Positions 1-10,034 of a DNA stretch of 64,000 nt are shown here, one piece after another. The translations under genes were made by a program, and so were the position numbers. Where the stretch lies: IMG/VR virus record IMGVR_UViG_3300030329_003231; one strand, given 5' to 3'. The notes beneath the pieces are model-generated. The model had not been told where the DNA came from. It was given only the letters and a program-made list of their open reading frames with translations, and ran no database searches. Each line of letters starts with the position of its first letter. Within the stretch, counting starts at the first letter, position 1. The stretch comes from an uncultured virus (IMG/VR IMGVR_UViG_3300030329_003231). Taxonomy: Duplodnaviria > Heunggongvirae > Uroviricota > Caudoviricetes.

Positions 1-350
1 ACGGAATGTCTTGCTTCTAAACGTCCCGTAGAAATACAATCAACAGATCCTGTGACATATAAATCTCCGTCTAAGAAAACCCCACCTTGTATCCATTGTG
101 CAGTAGGAAGAGATCCTGAAATACCAAGTGATTTTTCTGGCATCTCACAATCAGGGTCATCATTAGTTAGAGATCCAACCATTAAAGTTGCACCAGCATG
201 ATCAAACTCAGAAGGTTCACCAAAAACTACTGGTCCTTCCACATGCATACTGCCACAAATTTCTTGATCACCTTCTTTAATGGCAGGACAGATAGCCCCG
301 TATCCTCCTCTAATTGATTTACCAAAAACTACTGTGTCTTTTTGATCCAT
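1..350 (-). CDS. Partial CDS (runs off the left edge), probable virion/baseplate-associated protein
   Basis: Manual translation from ATG at 350: MDQKDTVVFGKSIRGGYGAICPAIKEGDQEICGSMHVEGPVVFG..., open to position 1; co-oriented with the tail module. Confidence 0.65.
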   Translation of the reverse strand, partial: MDQKDTVVFGKSIRGGYGAICPAIKEGDQEICGSMHVEGPVVFGEPSEFDHAGATLMVGSLTNDDPDCEMPEKSLGISGSLPTAQWIQGGVFLDGDLYVTGSVDCISTGRLEARHS

Positions 351-355
351 AATTC

Positions 356-1087
356 TTATTGAAGTTGATTAGTACCTGGTACATATTGAGCAGCGGGAGC
401 TCCTCTATCTAGGGATGCTACCGTATCAGCAGAAGCACTTGGAAGATTGTTCTTCGATCTTTCACGTTGACCGCTACCATTCTTAGCAGGTTTTCCTGTT
501 ACCGAATCAGTAATAGCATTAAATAAAGCACCATAGACAGACATCACACTGTTGGCTGCCATTTCAAAGTCACCTGCACTAGCAATCTTAGCATAAGAAG
601 AAGCAGTTACCAAGAATTTTCTTTGTGCATTAATAAGAACATCCTGTCCTGCATTGATTTCTACATTACCTTGAGATCCATTACCAAAAGTAGACATCTC
701 AATATCATCTGCTTCTAATCTAATCTTACCATTGTGAGCTTTAAGAACAATATTACCATTCCATGCAGTAAGAGTCAAACTATCTATCTTATCATTATTC
801 TTCTTCCCACATTCCACCATAAAATTACCTGGACTAGTAGAAACAGTCCATCCTTCTCTTGGTCCATCAATATCTAATGATAATTGATGTTCTCCATCGG
901 GAGTATGAAGACCAATTCCTTCTGTAACATCTCCTTGCTTATGAATCTTTCCAAAAGCAATATGTCCCTTCGCATTTCCATACTGTTGAGCAGAAAAATT
1001 CTGCTTGGCAGTATCAGTTGGTGGACTAGTAGGAGGATCCTTCCTTAGTCTATCATTCTGCTGAACTATCGGAGTTCCTTTTGTCAT
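356..1087 (-). CDS. Putative baseplate spike/gp5 C-terminal-like beta-repeat structural protein
   Basis: 243 aa, repeated short beta-strand segments (GNIVLKAHNGKIRLEADDIEM); follows gp5-like genes; ATGA overlap with upstream gene. Confidence 0.5.
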   Translation of the reverse strand: MTKGTPIVQQNDRLRKDPPTSPPTDTAKQNFSAQQYGNAKGHIAFGKIHKQGDVTEGIGLHTPDGEHQLSLDIDGPREGWTVSTSPGNFMVECGKKNNDKIDSLTLTAWNGNIVLKAHNGKIRLEADDIEMSTFGNGSQGNVEINAGQDVLINAQRKFLVTASSYAKIASAGDFEMAANSVMSVYGALFNAITDSVTGKPAKNGSGQRERSKNNLPSASADTVASLDRGAPAAQYVPGTNQLQ

Positions 1088-4000
1088 ACTAGATTATCGG
1101 GAGTACCTGGAATATCCAAACGAGGATCGTCACTACTTATATCAGTACCTTGTCTGAGGATTGCTGATGGAGGTGTAGTGACCATAGCATCAATACTTTC
1201 TTGCATTGTATCATAAATCTGTACTAATTCACCAGGAGTTTCATAATATCCTGCATATCTCACACCATCTTTATAGAAAACAGCCCCAAAATATGCACGA
1301 CCATCATAATATCCTGTTTGTTTTATTCCTACAAGATCAGTCACCTGTATTAATTTATCACGATCCACTACAATAGGATCACGAACAGGTTCAAATACAG
1401 GAACCAAATCAGCATTTATTCCTGTATCAGATATAATTCTGATGTTAGGCCAGCGAGTGAATCCTAATCCTCCATCATCTACACATATTTTTTCAATAGT
1501 ACCAAAAGGACCACACTTACATATAGAAAGCTTAGCACCTCCTTCATTAGGTTCCATCACTACTTGATCTACTGCACAATTATAATTAATACCTTTATTC
1601 TTCACAATTATCTCTTTTAATTTTAATGCAACAGGATATCCTGGACCAGTAGGAGGTTTGTATCCATTTCCTGGATCAACAGGACGTACTGGATCAACCG
1701 TACCTTTTCCTCCTACTGCCTTAGGGCAAGGAGGAGGAATAAGTTTGGCAGAAACCCCAACAGGATTAACCGACCAAGGTTTAAGTATACCTGTTCCTAC
1801 TCTTACCTTTCTCGTTATAACAACAGCACCATAAGTTGGATTAGTTCTAAATGTACTTCCCAAAGGAGCTGGAATATTAGTGAGTACCATTTCTATTGTG
1901 TGTCTTCCTGCCGACATCTCAAAATTATAATTTCTTACATTCTGAAATACTTTTGCGAAACCAACTTCCCTTCCATCAATCTTAACAGTTAAAGTATCAT
2001 CTGAAAGAAGATTTATAGTATAGGTTCCACTTTCTGGAAAATTAACATTCCTCCACTTTAAATTCCAAGTCTTATCCATAATCTCTACGGGATCTGTATG
2101 GAAAGGAGTAAAAGTACGTCCTAAATCCGATCCCATATAACTTCCTAAACGAGGACCTTCATAAGTTGATCCATCCTTTACTGTTCCGCCGACCAAACTT
2201 CCTTTATCACTTACTTTTGGTGGTTTAGTAACTATAAACTTACAAGTTGCTTCATTAGGACCATTTTTAAAATCATAGAATCTTCCATCACTAACAGCAC
2301 ACTGAATATCAGTCCAATCTCCATCAGTATGATCTTCCATCTGTAAAACAGATCCTTTTGCTCTTAATCTTACTCCATGTTTTGTTTCTTTACTTGTTAC
2401 CTTTATAGTATAAACTTTATTAATCTCTACTTCTTTTACTAAAGCTTCTTTTAATTGACCTCTTTGACCTAAAAGATTTCCATCTGCATCTCTAACAGGA
2501 GTATATTCCTTAGCAAAATTAATACCTAATTCAGGAATCTCTATTCCATTAGAAAACATAGAACCTGATGTAATCTTAAATCTTACACTCTTCTTCGCCG
2601 CAGGAAGAGGAGTCTCACCTAACCAATCAGCAGTATTAAAAATCTTTTGATCTATTAATTGAGTTTCTTCAAATTTATAATTATGAACCTCAACCTTTAT
2701 GGTGGCAGATCCTTCCTTTAAAAAGAATTTACTTTCTGCACCTGATCCCTTAAAATGTCCTCCCTTTTTATTACCTTTACTCAGATCTAAAACCATATCT
2801 CCATTAATCCAAAACTTGGCTTCATCATCTACGGTTCCCTTCAACTTATAATATCCATCATAAGGAACATCAATAGTCCATTCATTAGTAAAAATTCCTC
2901 CCCCACCTGAGGTATTCCTAGTATCATAAGGAGCCACAGGAGACATGGCATACTTATTTTGAAACTTACCCCATGCCTTAGATACCACAGGATGCCACTG
3001 TTGTTTGGCAGGAAATCGGGTAGTCCAGAAAGGATTAGGAGGACACGCCCCTGTCTGTACTGGCACAGGTTGTTGAGGAATGGGAGGTGCAGGTGCTTCA
3101 ATAGTTAATGCAACCCCCATAGGATTTTCATTCCAAGACTTCTGAACTGTCCTTTCTTTCTCCGAAAATACAGTCTCAATATTAATTGCCAATGCCATAG
3201 GATTAATACCTTTAATCCCATCAAAACCAAACTTACCCCCCGGAATCTGATCTAAATCCGCCGTAATAGTATGATTTCCTTTCTTTATAGAATGAACTTG
3301 ACGATACTTTCCTGTTCCTACTGTTGTTCCTGGTTTAAATCCTTCCTTACGAATAGAAACTTGATCTCCTATCTTTAAGTTTACATTATCATCCACCTCT
3401 ATTTCAATGACATAATTTCCTGTCACAGGGAAATTAACATTACTCCAAATAATTTGATGAGTTCCTGCATATGGATTGTCATTTAAAGTAACCGTAGTAT
3501 CAAAAGGACAAATACCATACTCGTTTATAAATCCTCCTCGATTATAAACATTAGTTCTCCATAGTTTTCTATTTGCTTTCTCAATATAATCAACTGTATT
3601 AAAAACAGTGGCTACCTCTTGGGTTTCGCTAGATTTTAATCCAGTAATTGCTCCTTTAACTTCTCTTGCATCCTGTAAATTTACTGCACTTAATGTTCTT
3701 AAAGAAGCATTTACATCTGTACCATGTGTATCAAAGAAGTTTATTACTCCATACCTATTCGTCTCTGGCCCATAAGCAGTATTTTTCTTAACTAATTTGG
3801 ATCCCCCATCATTTCCAAACAATTGAATAGGTCCATATCCTTCTTCACTACGCTGAAAGACTCCCTTTGCTGAAACAGAACCCTTCCTCTTAAAAGTATC
3901 ACCACTCTTTTCTCTTTCTAAAATAAGATCAGGTCCATCAGTATTAGGAATAATAATCTTGGTGATAGCAGTGCCAGCAGTCCGTGGATTATCATTATAT

Positions 4001-5202
4001 TCCAGTTTAAGAGATACTTCGGTCTCTACATTTCCCCCTACCTTCATAAAATATCCATTACTTTTCTGGATAAAATCTACTCCTGCAACTTGAATCTCAT
4101 TTCTTACATCCTGTTGTGGTCCCGTACCTTCTTGCTGAACTTTAAACTTCTCTTTAATAGGAATATTAAACAACTCTAATCTTAACTTCTGCATTCCCTC
4201 CTTCAATACCTTTTTAATGGGGGATGGTCCCGATTTAAAAGAATCTAAATCAGAAACAAATTCATTGTTAATATATAATTTTCCTCTATTGTCTCTGGTT
4301 CCTCTAAACTTATACTCTCCATCAAATGGAACATCTAAATCCCATTCAAAAGTATACCACCTTCCTGCAAAATCAGATCCTTTTACATTCGATTTTGGTT
4401 TGGGAGAAATTGCATATGAATTTTGAAACTCACCCCATGCGGAATGATCTACTTTATAAAAATTTCTAGTAGTTTTACCATCTCCGGTCAACTTCAACGG
4501 AGGCTCTTTACGAGTAGTCCACCATGGATTCTGTACTTCCCTTAAAGTTTTAATATAATCTTCAACGGTTTCTTGAAAAGGTGTGGTAGAAGGATTAACA
4601 TATCGATTAGGATTCCATGATCCGATATTCTTCCCATCAATACTATATACACTTCCAAATCCTACTTGTTTAGGAGCACAAGTTTCTAAATCATAGACCT
4701 CAAAATCCTCTTCATCCTCATAAGTTTCAAAAACAGTTGCCGTAGTACCAATTCCTGCGATTACAACAGCACCAGCTGCCCTCCCAGATTCATCTTTTAC
4801 TTCTACAATAGGGGGATATTGATAACCAAATCCCCGATGCACCATATCAATTCCAATAAGACCACCATCTCTACCAATAATAGGATTAGCCTGAGCACCT
4901 ATTCCACCACCACCCATAAAGATTACTTTAACAGGAGCATCCTCAGACTTTTTATCCATCTGAATCCCTTTACACTCATCTACTTCTGAGGTGAGATCAT
5001 TAGGAGTTAATTTATTAACTTCATTAATGTTTAAATATCTAATTCTTTCTCGTGTTGCAAAGATGAAAGTAGTTCCTGGATTTGCTTTTGCATACACATT
5101 TGCATCATGAATACCTATACCCGCCACATATCCTCTATCGGTTGACACATAACCGACTTTAATATCACATTTCGTTGGAGGTTGAAACAGATTAAATGTC
5201 AT
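1084..5202 (-). CDS. Large virion structural protein with repeated PA14-like beta-sandwich modules
   Basis: 1372 aa; repeated motifs such as VPFDGEYKFRGTRDN / VPYDGYYKLKGTVDD and NFPVTGNY...VDD / NFPESGTY...SDD; late-promoter-like AATAAATA just upstream. Confidence 0.65.
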   Translation of the reverse strand: MTFNLFQPPTKCDIKVGYVSTDRGYVAGIGIHDANVYAKANPGTTFIFATRERIRYLNINEVNKLTPNDLTSEVDECKGIQMDKKSEDAPVKVIFMGGGGIGAQANPIIGRDGGLIGIDMVHRGFGYQYPPIVEVKDESGRAAGAVVIAGIGTTATVFETYEDEEDFEVYDLETCAPKQVGFGSVYSIDGKNIGSWNPNRYVNPSTTPFQETVEDYIKTLREVQNPWWTTRKEPPLKLTGDGKTTRNFYKVDHSAWGEFQNSYAISPKPKSNVKGSDFAGRWYTFEWDLDVPFDGEYKFRGTRDNRGKLYINNEFVSDLDSFKSGPSPIKKVLKEGMQKLRLELFNIPIKEKFKVQQEGTGPQQDVRNEIQVAGVDFIQKSNGYFMKVGGNVETEVSLKLEYNDNPRTAGTAITKIIIPNTDGPDLILEREKSGDTFKRKGSVSAKGVFQRSEEGYGPIQLFGNDGGSKLVKKNTAYGPETNRYGVINFFDTHGTDVNASLRTLSAVNLQDAREVKGAITGLKSSETQEVATVFNTVDYIEKANRKLWRTNVYNRGGFINEYGICPFDTTVTLNDNPYAGTHQIIWSNVNFPVTGNYVIEIEVDDNVNLKIGDQVSIRKEGFKPGTTVGTGKYRQVHSIKKGNHTITADLDQIPGGKFGFDGIKGINPMALAINIETVFSEKERTVQKSWNENPMGVALTIEAPAPPIPQQPVPVQTGACPPNPFWTTRFPAKQQWHPVVSKAWGKFQNKYAMSPVAPYDTRNTSGGGGIFTNEWTIDVPYDGYYKLKGTVDDEAKFWINGDMVLDLSKGNKKGGHFKGSGAESKFFLKEGSATIKVEVHNYKFEETQLIDQKIFNTADWLGETPLPAAKKSVRFKITSGSMFSNGIEIPELGINFAKEYTPVRDADGNLLGQRGQLKEALVKEVEINKVYTIKVTSKETKHGVRLRAKGSVLQMEDHTDGDWTDIQCAVSDGRFYDFKNGPNEATCKFIVTKPPKVSDKGSLVGGTVKDGSTYEGPRLGSYMGSDLGRTFTPFHTDPVEIMDKTWNLKWRNVNFPESGTYTINLLSDDTLTVKIDGREVGFAKVFQNVRNYNFEMSAGRHTIEMVLTNIPAPLGSTFRTNPTYGAVVITRKVRVGTGILKPWSVNPVGVSAKLIPPPCPKAVGGKGTVDPVRPVDPGNGYKPPTGPGYPVALKLKEIIVKNKGINYNCAVDQVVMEPNEGGAKLSICKCGPFGTIEKICVDDGGLGFTRWPNIRIISDTGINADLVPVFEPVRDPIVVDRDKLIQVTDLVGIKQTGYYDGRAYFGAVFYKDGVRYAGYYETPGELVQIYDTMQESIDAMVTTPPSAILRQGTDISSDDPRLDIPGTPDNLV

Positions 5203-5213
5203 AGGTATATTTA

Positions 5214-7427
5214 TTAGTAGATATCAAATGCTTCATCAAGTTCTTCCTGACTTGCATTCTTTGCATCATCCCAATCAGAATCCTGAATAACATCCACCGC
5301 ATCCTTAACAGGTTGAACAAATGATAATGGATTTTTAATGGGTGGTGTTGGGAATTGTTTAGCAACAGCATCACCGATTGATTTCATGCTTGGCATCTCA
5401 CCATCAGGCATGGCACCCGACCCTCTTGCCAGAGTATAGAAATCGGACATAGCAGGAACAGGAGGAAGCTCAAAGGGAAAAACATTCGATGTTATATTTT
5501 TAAAGTTCAATGCGCTAGTTAAACTTCCCCCAATATTTCCTATCTTACTCAACATACTACCCATACTCTGAGGTTTATTTTTCCCTGATTTGGGAGCTTC
5601 CATCTTAACTGGACCAGAATCAGAGACACTAGTAATAGTAAAGGTCGCATCAGGTGCAACACCAGCATAGGTTTCTCTCTCTACCGTAATTAATTCTCCT
5701 ACTTGATATCCTTGTCCCGGATTATTCACTACGATACCAGGATTAACTCCTATCATAGAGTCAATACGACCCCGTGGTTTAATAATCTCAAACGTACATC
5801 CCGATCCACCATTAGAACCCGTAACCGTCAATATATCTCCGGCTATGTAATTCGTCCCACCACTTCCTTCCGTAATAGTAACCTTGGTTCCTATCCCACC
5901 TGAATATGTAATGTTTGCTAAACATCCTGTTCCAGATCCACCCGTGGTACTTTCATTAGTATTGGTACCAGTATTACTAGGAGTTCCACCCCCAGTATTA
6001 TATCCTGATCCACCATCAAGTATTTTAATATATAACTCACCTTCTGTTGTACCCGTAGCACCACCCTTACTAACTCTAATATTTACAGTCAATCCATTAC
6101 CTGGTCCAGGAGCAGTAGATGAAACACCAACAGGTCGCACAGTTCCTGATCCAGTCACCCCAATATCATCTCCACTTATATAATAACTACCACCCTGTAT
6201 ATTTCCTCCACCTTCTTCATCACTAAATCCAAGAACCTTTCCTTCCCCACTATTATCAAATGCCTTAGGTTGCATTTTCTTATCCATTTCTTCTAACTCA
6301 GATTGCATGTCACCAATAAAAGCATTAACTCCATCGATAATATTACTAGTTGCTTGATCTATTGCTTGCTTATTAGCACCCAGTGCTTGACCAATAATAT
6401 TTTCTGCATAACAAATAGGAACCTTGGGATAAGTTCCCACATCCCCATACTTAACATCCTCACCATCACCCTCAACTAAGGAATCAAATTTTAGAGTAGT
6501 ATTTCCACTGCGTTGAGAACCATCTCTTTCAATAGGAAGAGTAGTACCAGTCCTTCCCGATTCCTCTACGGTATATACATTGTTTCTAAATCTAACTTTC
6601 TCCCCTTTGGTTACAGGCATACTAGGAATCCAATCTTTAATATTCATCAAATTACTCATAGGAGTAATAGGATTAAGTGCTTTCTGTTGTGCTTGTTGTA
6701 TCAAAGAATCTACATTAAAAGATTGCTTTAAAATACCACCCAACATTCCCTGCATACCATTGGAAATATCACCAAAAGATTGAAGACTATTTTGATTCAT
6801 TAAATTTTTCATGTCAGCAAACATTGCTCGCTTTCCTGCTGGCATAGAAGATATAGCAGCAGATAGTTCTGCATTTACTGTCTTATTAGTAAACTCCATC
6901 ATCTTATTCATGATGGTTTTCATATACTTAGAGTTAACAGATGCGGCATCTTCAATTAACTTTTCAATATCCTGTTGTCCTTGTCCCATGGATGCCATGT
7001 CTGCATAGTTTCCAAAGGATTCCATCACTTTATTAATTTGATTACTCACATTCTCAATAGTTATCTGCATTCCCTTCGTAGCAGAATCAACAGGATCTTG
7101 TACTTTACTTACAGGAGTCTTTTCTTGATACTTTTCTTCTCTTCTGACATCACCAACACTCACTACATGAATTGCTTCACTTTCAAGTGTAGCTCCTGGT
7201 TGTGCAGGACTCGTAGGCGAATCAGCATCAGCAACCCGATTCCTTAGACCATCAACAACTTTATTCTTTACAAAGCTATTAGCAAACTCTTCTATCTCAC
7301 CTGGATTAAATCCATTCGCCAACCACTGACTTTTTAAACTCTCTACATCTCCCAGAGCATTCTGAATGTCTTTTAACTCTCCTGCTGTACGAGGAAGATT
7401 TGTAGGTAATCCAAACTTATCTAACAT
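5214..7427 (-). CDS. C-terminal part of cyanophage gp5-like baseplate hub protein (coiled coil plus Gly-rich GxGY repeats)
   Basis: 737 aa directly after the gp5 OB-fold ORF; strong GGAGGAG RBS before ATG; GSGY/GTNY/GQGY repeats typical of cyanophage tail proteins. Confidence 0.6.
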   Translation of the reverse strand: MLDKFGLPTNLPRTAGELKDIQNALGDVESLKSQWLANGFNPGEIEEFANSFVKNKVVDGLRNRVADADSPTSPAQPGATLESEAIHVVSVGDVRREEKYQEKTPVSKVQDPVDSATKGMQITIENVSNQINKVMESFGNYADMASMGQGQQDIEKLIEDAASVNSKYMKTIMNKMMEFTNKTVNAELSAAISSMPAGKRAMFADMKNLMNQNSLQSFGDISNGMQGMLGGILKQSFNVDSLIQQAQQKALNPITPMSNLMNIKDWIPSMPVTKGEKVRFRNNVYTVEESGRTGTTLPIERDGSQRSGNTTLKFDSLVEGDGEDVKYGDVGTYPKVPICYAENIIGQALGANKQAIDQATSNIIDGVNAFIGDMQSELEEMDKKMQPKAFDNSGEGKVLGFSDEEGGGNIQGGSYYISGDDIGVTGSGTVRPVGVSSTAPGPGNGLTVNIRVSKGGATGTTEGELYIKILDGGSGYNTGGGTPSNTGTNTNESTTGGSGTGCLANITYSGGIGTKVTITEGSGGTNYIAGDILTVTGSNGGSGCTFEIIKPRGRIDSMIGVNPGIVVNNPGQGYQVGELITVERETYAGVAPDATFTITSVSDSGPVKMEAPKSGKNKPQSMGSMLSKIGNIGGSLTSALNFKNITSNVFPFELPPVPAMSDFYTLARGSGAMPDGEMPSMKSIGDAVAKQFPTPPIKNPLSFVQPVKDAVDVIQDSDWDDAKNASQEELDEAFDIY

Positions 7428-7439
7428 TATTCTCCTCCC

Positions 7440-8138
7440 TTAATTGTATTGGTCATCTCTTCTGAGACGAGCAGGAGTTCGACCCACTAACTCCTGTAAA
7501 CCATCCCCAATATAAGTCCTAATGGTTTTGGTTTTTGCTTGTTCTGTCAATGAATTGGTGCCACCACCACCTCCTCCGAGTCCCATCATACTCAAAGCCG
7601 ACTTCTCAATATTTTGTTCCTTAGATCCTGGTTTAGATATTGTCATATCACTATCAGGCACCTTATCTTCTGCTTCTAATTTTGGTTTTTCTGTTTCGGC
7701 ATACCCACTTACACCAGAATAAGCAAGTCCACCAGTTAATTCTGTCTTGGTTTGCAGTTTCGTTTGAAGATTATTACCCAACACTCCCATAATAACAGGC
7801 ACTTGTTCTTGTCCACCATCCATAAAAAATCCATAAACCACATTCCCTTGTCGCAGAGCAGGTGTAGCAAAGGCACCTGCTTGTCCACCCCCACCTGTAA
7901 TAGGATACATTACCGTAGCCCAAGGAAGTTCTTCGGATTCAATAACCTCCGTTGCTCGATCATGAAGACCCATAATCCTCACCTTATATCGATAACCCCA
8001 CCCAGGAATTGCTTCCCTCTCCTCAAACTTACCTGGATTAATGTTTTCTCTCCATGTAGAATCATCGGCAATCTGTCCCATCCACCAGTTGAAAGATTGC
8101 CCCAGTATACCAGAATTAAATAATGATCCTACTTCCAT
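7440..8138 (-). CDS. gp5: Baseplate hub gp5 N-terminal OB-fold protein
   Basis: FNWWMGQI...RYKVRIMGLH...ELPWA...GNVVYGFFMDGGQEQVPVIMG matches the gp5 OB-fold pattern. Confidence 0.8.
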   Translation of the reverse strand: MEVGSLFNSGILGQSFNWWMGQIADDSTWRENINPGKFEEREAIPGWGYRYKVRIMGLHDRATEVIESEELPWATVMYPITGGGGQAGAFATPALRQGNVVYGFFMDGGQEQVPVIMGVLGNNLQTKLQTKTELTGGLAYSGVSGYAETEKPKLEAEDKVPDSDMTISKPGSKEQNIEKSALSMMGLGGGGGGTNSLTEQAKTKTIRTYIGDGLQELVGRTPARLRRDDQYN

Positions 8139-8141
8139 ATC

Positions 8142-8411
8142 TTATTCATCGTATACTCGACACTCCAATGAATCGGGATGGTTGTCACAATAAACTTCAA
8201 GTTTCTTATCTTGATGTCGCTGATGCCAGTCATTAATCTGTGCATCACTCTTATCAACTTCCTCTTCACTATGAGCATGAAATGCATCATTGTGCATTTC
8301 TAAGTCAGCTTCACTATATTCTAACATACCATGATTGATATGTTCTTTATGATCCTTAGGATCTAGATAGACTTCGTGGTCTAAATCGTGCTTTGGAATT
8401 TCAGTAGTCAT
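8142..8411 (-). CDS. cp12: CP12-like Calvin-cycle inhibitor with His/acid-rich N-terminus
   Basis: C-terminal LEVYCDNHPDSLECRVYDE is the CP12 C-terminal Cys-pair motif. Confidence 0.75.
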   Translation of the reverse strand: MTTEIPKHDLDHEVYLDPKDHKEHINHGMLEYSEADLEMHNDAFHAHSEEEVDKSDAQINDWHQRHQDKKLEVYCDNHPDSLECRVYDE

Positions 8412-8432
8412 AAAATTAGTCCCTTACTTTTG

Positions 8433-8440
8433 TATTTATT
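8433..8440 (-). promoter_or_regulatory. T4-type late promoter (AATAAATA) upstream of cp12/gp5
   Basis: NATAAATA match about 20 nt upstream of the cp12 ATG. Confidence 0.55.
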
Positions 8441-8448
8441 ATACACCC

Positions 8449-10011
8449 TTACAAGGTCCCTGACCCGCGTGATGTATGGGTTCCTTTTCTACCAACAGAA
8501 TCTCTAATGAGATTCATCTTAGTATAAGTTTCTTTGGGTGAAATATAATGACATATATCAGATATAACATAGACTCCCCCACTTTCTTCATTCCAATTCT
8601 CTAATTTCTTATCTGCTTCTAACTTAGGAGCATCTATAAACACAGCATCTCCTGCATGTAAAGAGAAATCTCCTGCCACTACAACTGTACTCACCTGTCC
8701 AAACAACTGTTGATATCTCTGAATAGATTGATTAAATATATTTTCCAATTCAAAATTCTCTTCCTTAGATTTATCAATTTGTTGATCGGTTTTTCCACCA
8801 GGTAAAGTTCCCGTGTCTTTTATATTCCAAGTAGTTCGAGTAAAAGATTTATTAAGTTCTTCACTATCAAATTCCTTATTAGATTGCCAGAAATTTTTTC
8901 CTGCCAAAGTTAATTCTTCTTGATTTCCGGGAGCCTCACCAGTCAAACCACTTAAACTTGTATCAGCAGAAAGAATTTCCTCACTATATTCACAACTAAA
9001 AGGATTAAAAGAGATACAACGAGTAGAATATCCACCCATCATATGCTTACCTTGCACATTAACTGCATTATCTCTACTATATTCCAATGCTTTAAGATCA
9101 TATCCCGCAGGAATACTTTTTGTCACTCCATCTAAGGTTTCATTATAGATGATAGATTTTTTCTTTTTCTGTCCCAATAAAGTATCTAAAGATTTGAAAT
9201 GATAACCATCAGAAGTCTCATACAAAAGAAATCCTGCGGTATTTCCCTTTTTATTTTTCTTAGGAGCTGCTTTGGTCCCAAGATTATTCATACACCAAAA
9301 AGGTTTCTTATTGTTACCAATAAAATTATAATTCTTTGCGCCCGTCTCCTCAATATCTAATGACTTCGTAGTCTTTAAGTTCTCATTAAGAATTTTTTTA
9401 ATATGTTCAGATATCTTACCCTCATAAACAACCTGTACTCTACTCTGACCCTTCTCATTCATAATAAATTCTTTGGATACTAGATCTAATTGAGCAGCAG
9501 ACTTAGTAGTCTCATCATCAAGAGGAGTAACCTTATTAACATACATATCAAGATTTAAAGTCGTCCCTCTGTTATCAGTGAACTCTAAATTAACTTTCTC
9601 TTCTCCTACAATAGGTAATCCATCAATAGCACTCGTCGTATTCTTACAACTCGTCCATTGCTTTTGATTGTTTGCCGAATTTCCTGCATCGGTATAAGTG
9701 AATGTAGATCTTATACAATTAGATAAAAGACTTTCATAATACATCAAACGTATCATACCACCAGTCAGATTAACATTATCCCTATTCTTATTAGAAAAAA
9801 CAGTTACCTCTTTAACATTAGCAGGACCAGCAGGCTTACCAAACTTAGCAAGATTCTCTCTTCTTCGCTTGTTACCAAACCTTCGCGCATTTTGTCTCTC
9901 TTGGGTAGTAGGACCTCCGGGAGCAGGTCTAATAATATTTCCCGCCTCTACATTTTCCCTATTACGTTGACGTTGGGCGGTTCTTTTCTTAACAGTAGCA
10001 TTAGATGGCAT
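8449..10011 (-). CDS. Tail/baseplate hub protein (gp27-like/late control D-like fold, tentative)
   Basis: 520 aa; YYESL, GFLLYETSDGYHFKSLD, GDFSLHAGD, SGGVYVISDICH motifs typical of the T4-like hub protein; synteny. Confidence 0.6.
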   Translation of the reverse strand: MPSNATVKKRTAQRQRNRENVEAGNIIRPAPGGPTTQERQNARRFGNKRRRENLAKFGKPAGPANVKEVTVFSNKNRDNVNLTGGMIRLMYYESLLSNCIRSTFTYTDAGNSANNQKQWTSCKNTTSAIDGLPIVGEEKVNLEFTDNRGTTLNLDMYVNKVTPLDDETTKSAAQLDLVSKEFIMNEKGQSRVQVVYEGKISEHIKKILNENLKTTKSLDIEETGAKNYNFIGNNKKPFWCMNNLGTKAAPKKNKKGNTAGFLLYETSDGYHFKSLDTLLGQKKKKSIIYNETLDGVTKSIPAGYDLKALEYSRDNAVNVQGKHMMGGYSTRCISFNPFSCEYSEEILSADTSLSGLTGEAPGNQEELTLAGKNFWQSNKEFDSEELNKSFTRTTWNIKDTGTLPGGKTDQQIDKSKEENFELENIFNQSIQRYQQLFGQVSTVVVAGDFSLHAGDAVFIDAPKLEADKKLENWNEESGGVYVISDICHYISPKETYTKMNLIRDSVGRKGTHTSRGSGTL

Positions 10012-10034
10012 AGATTATCTCCTCCTAGTTCTAT

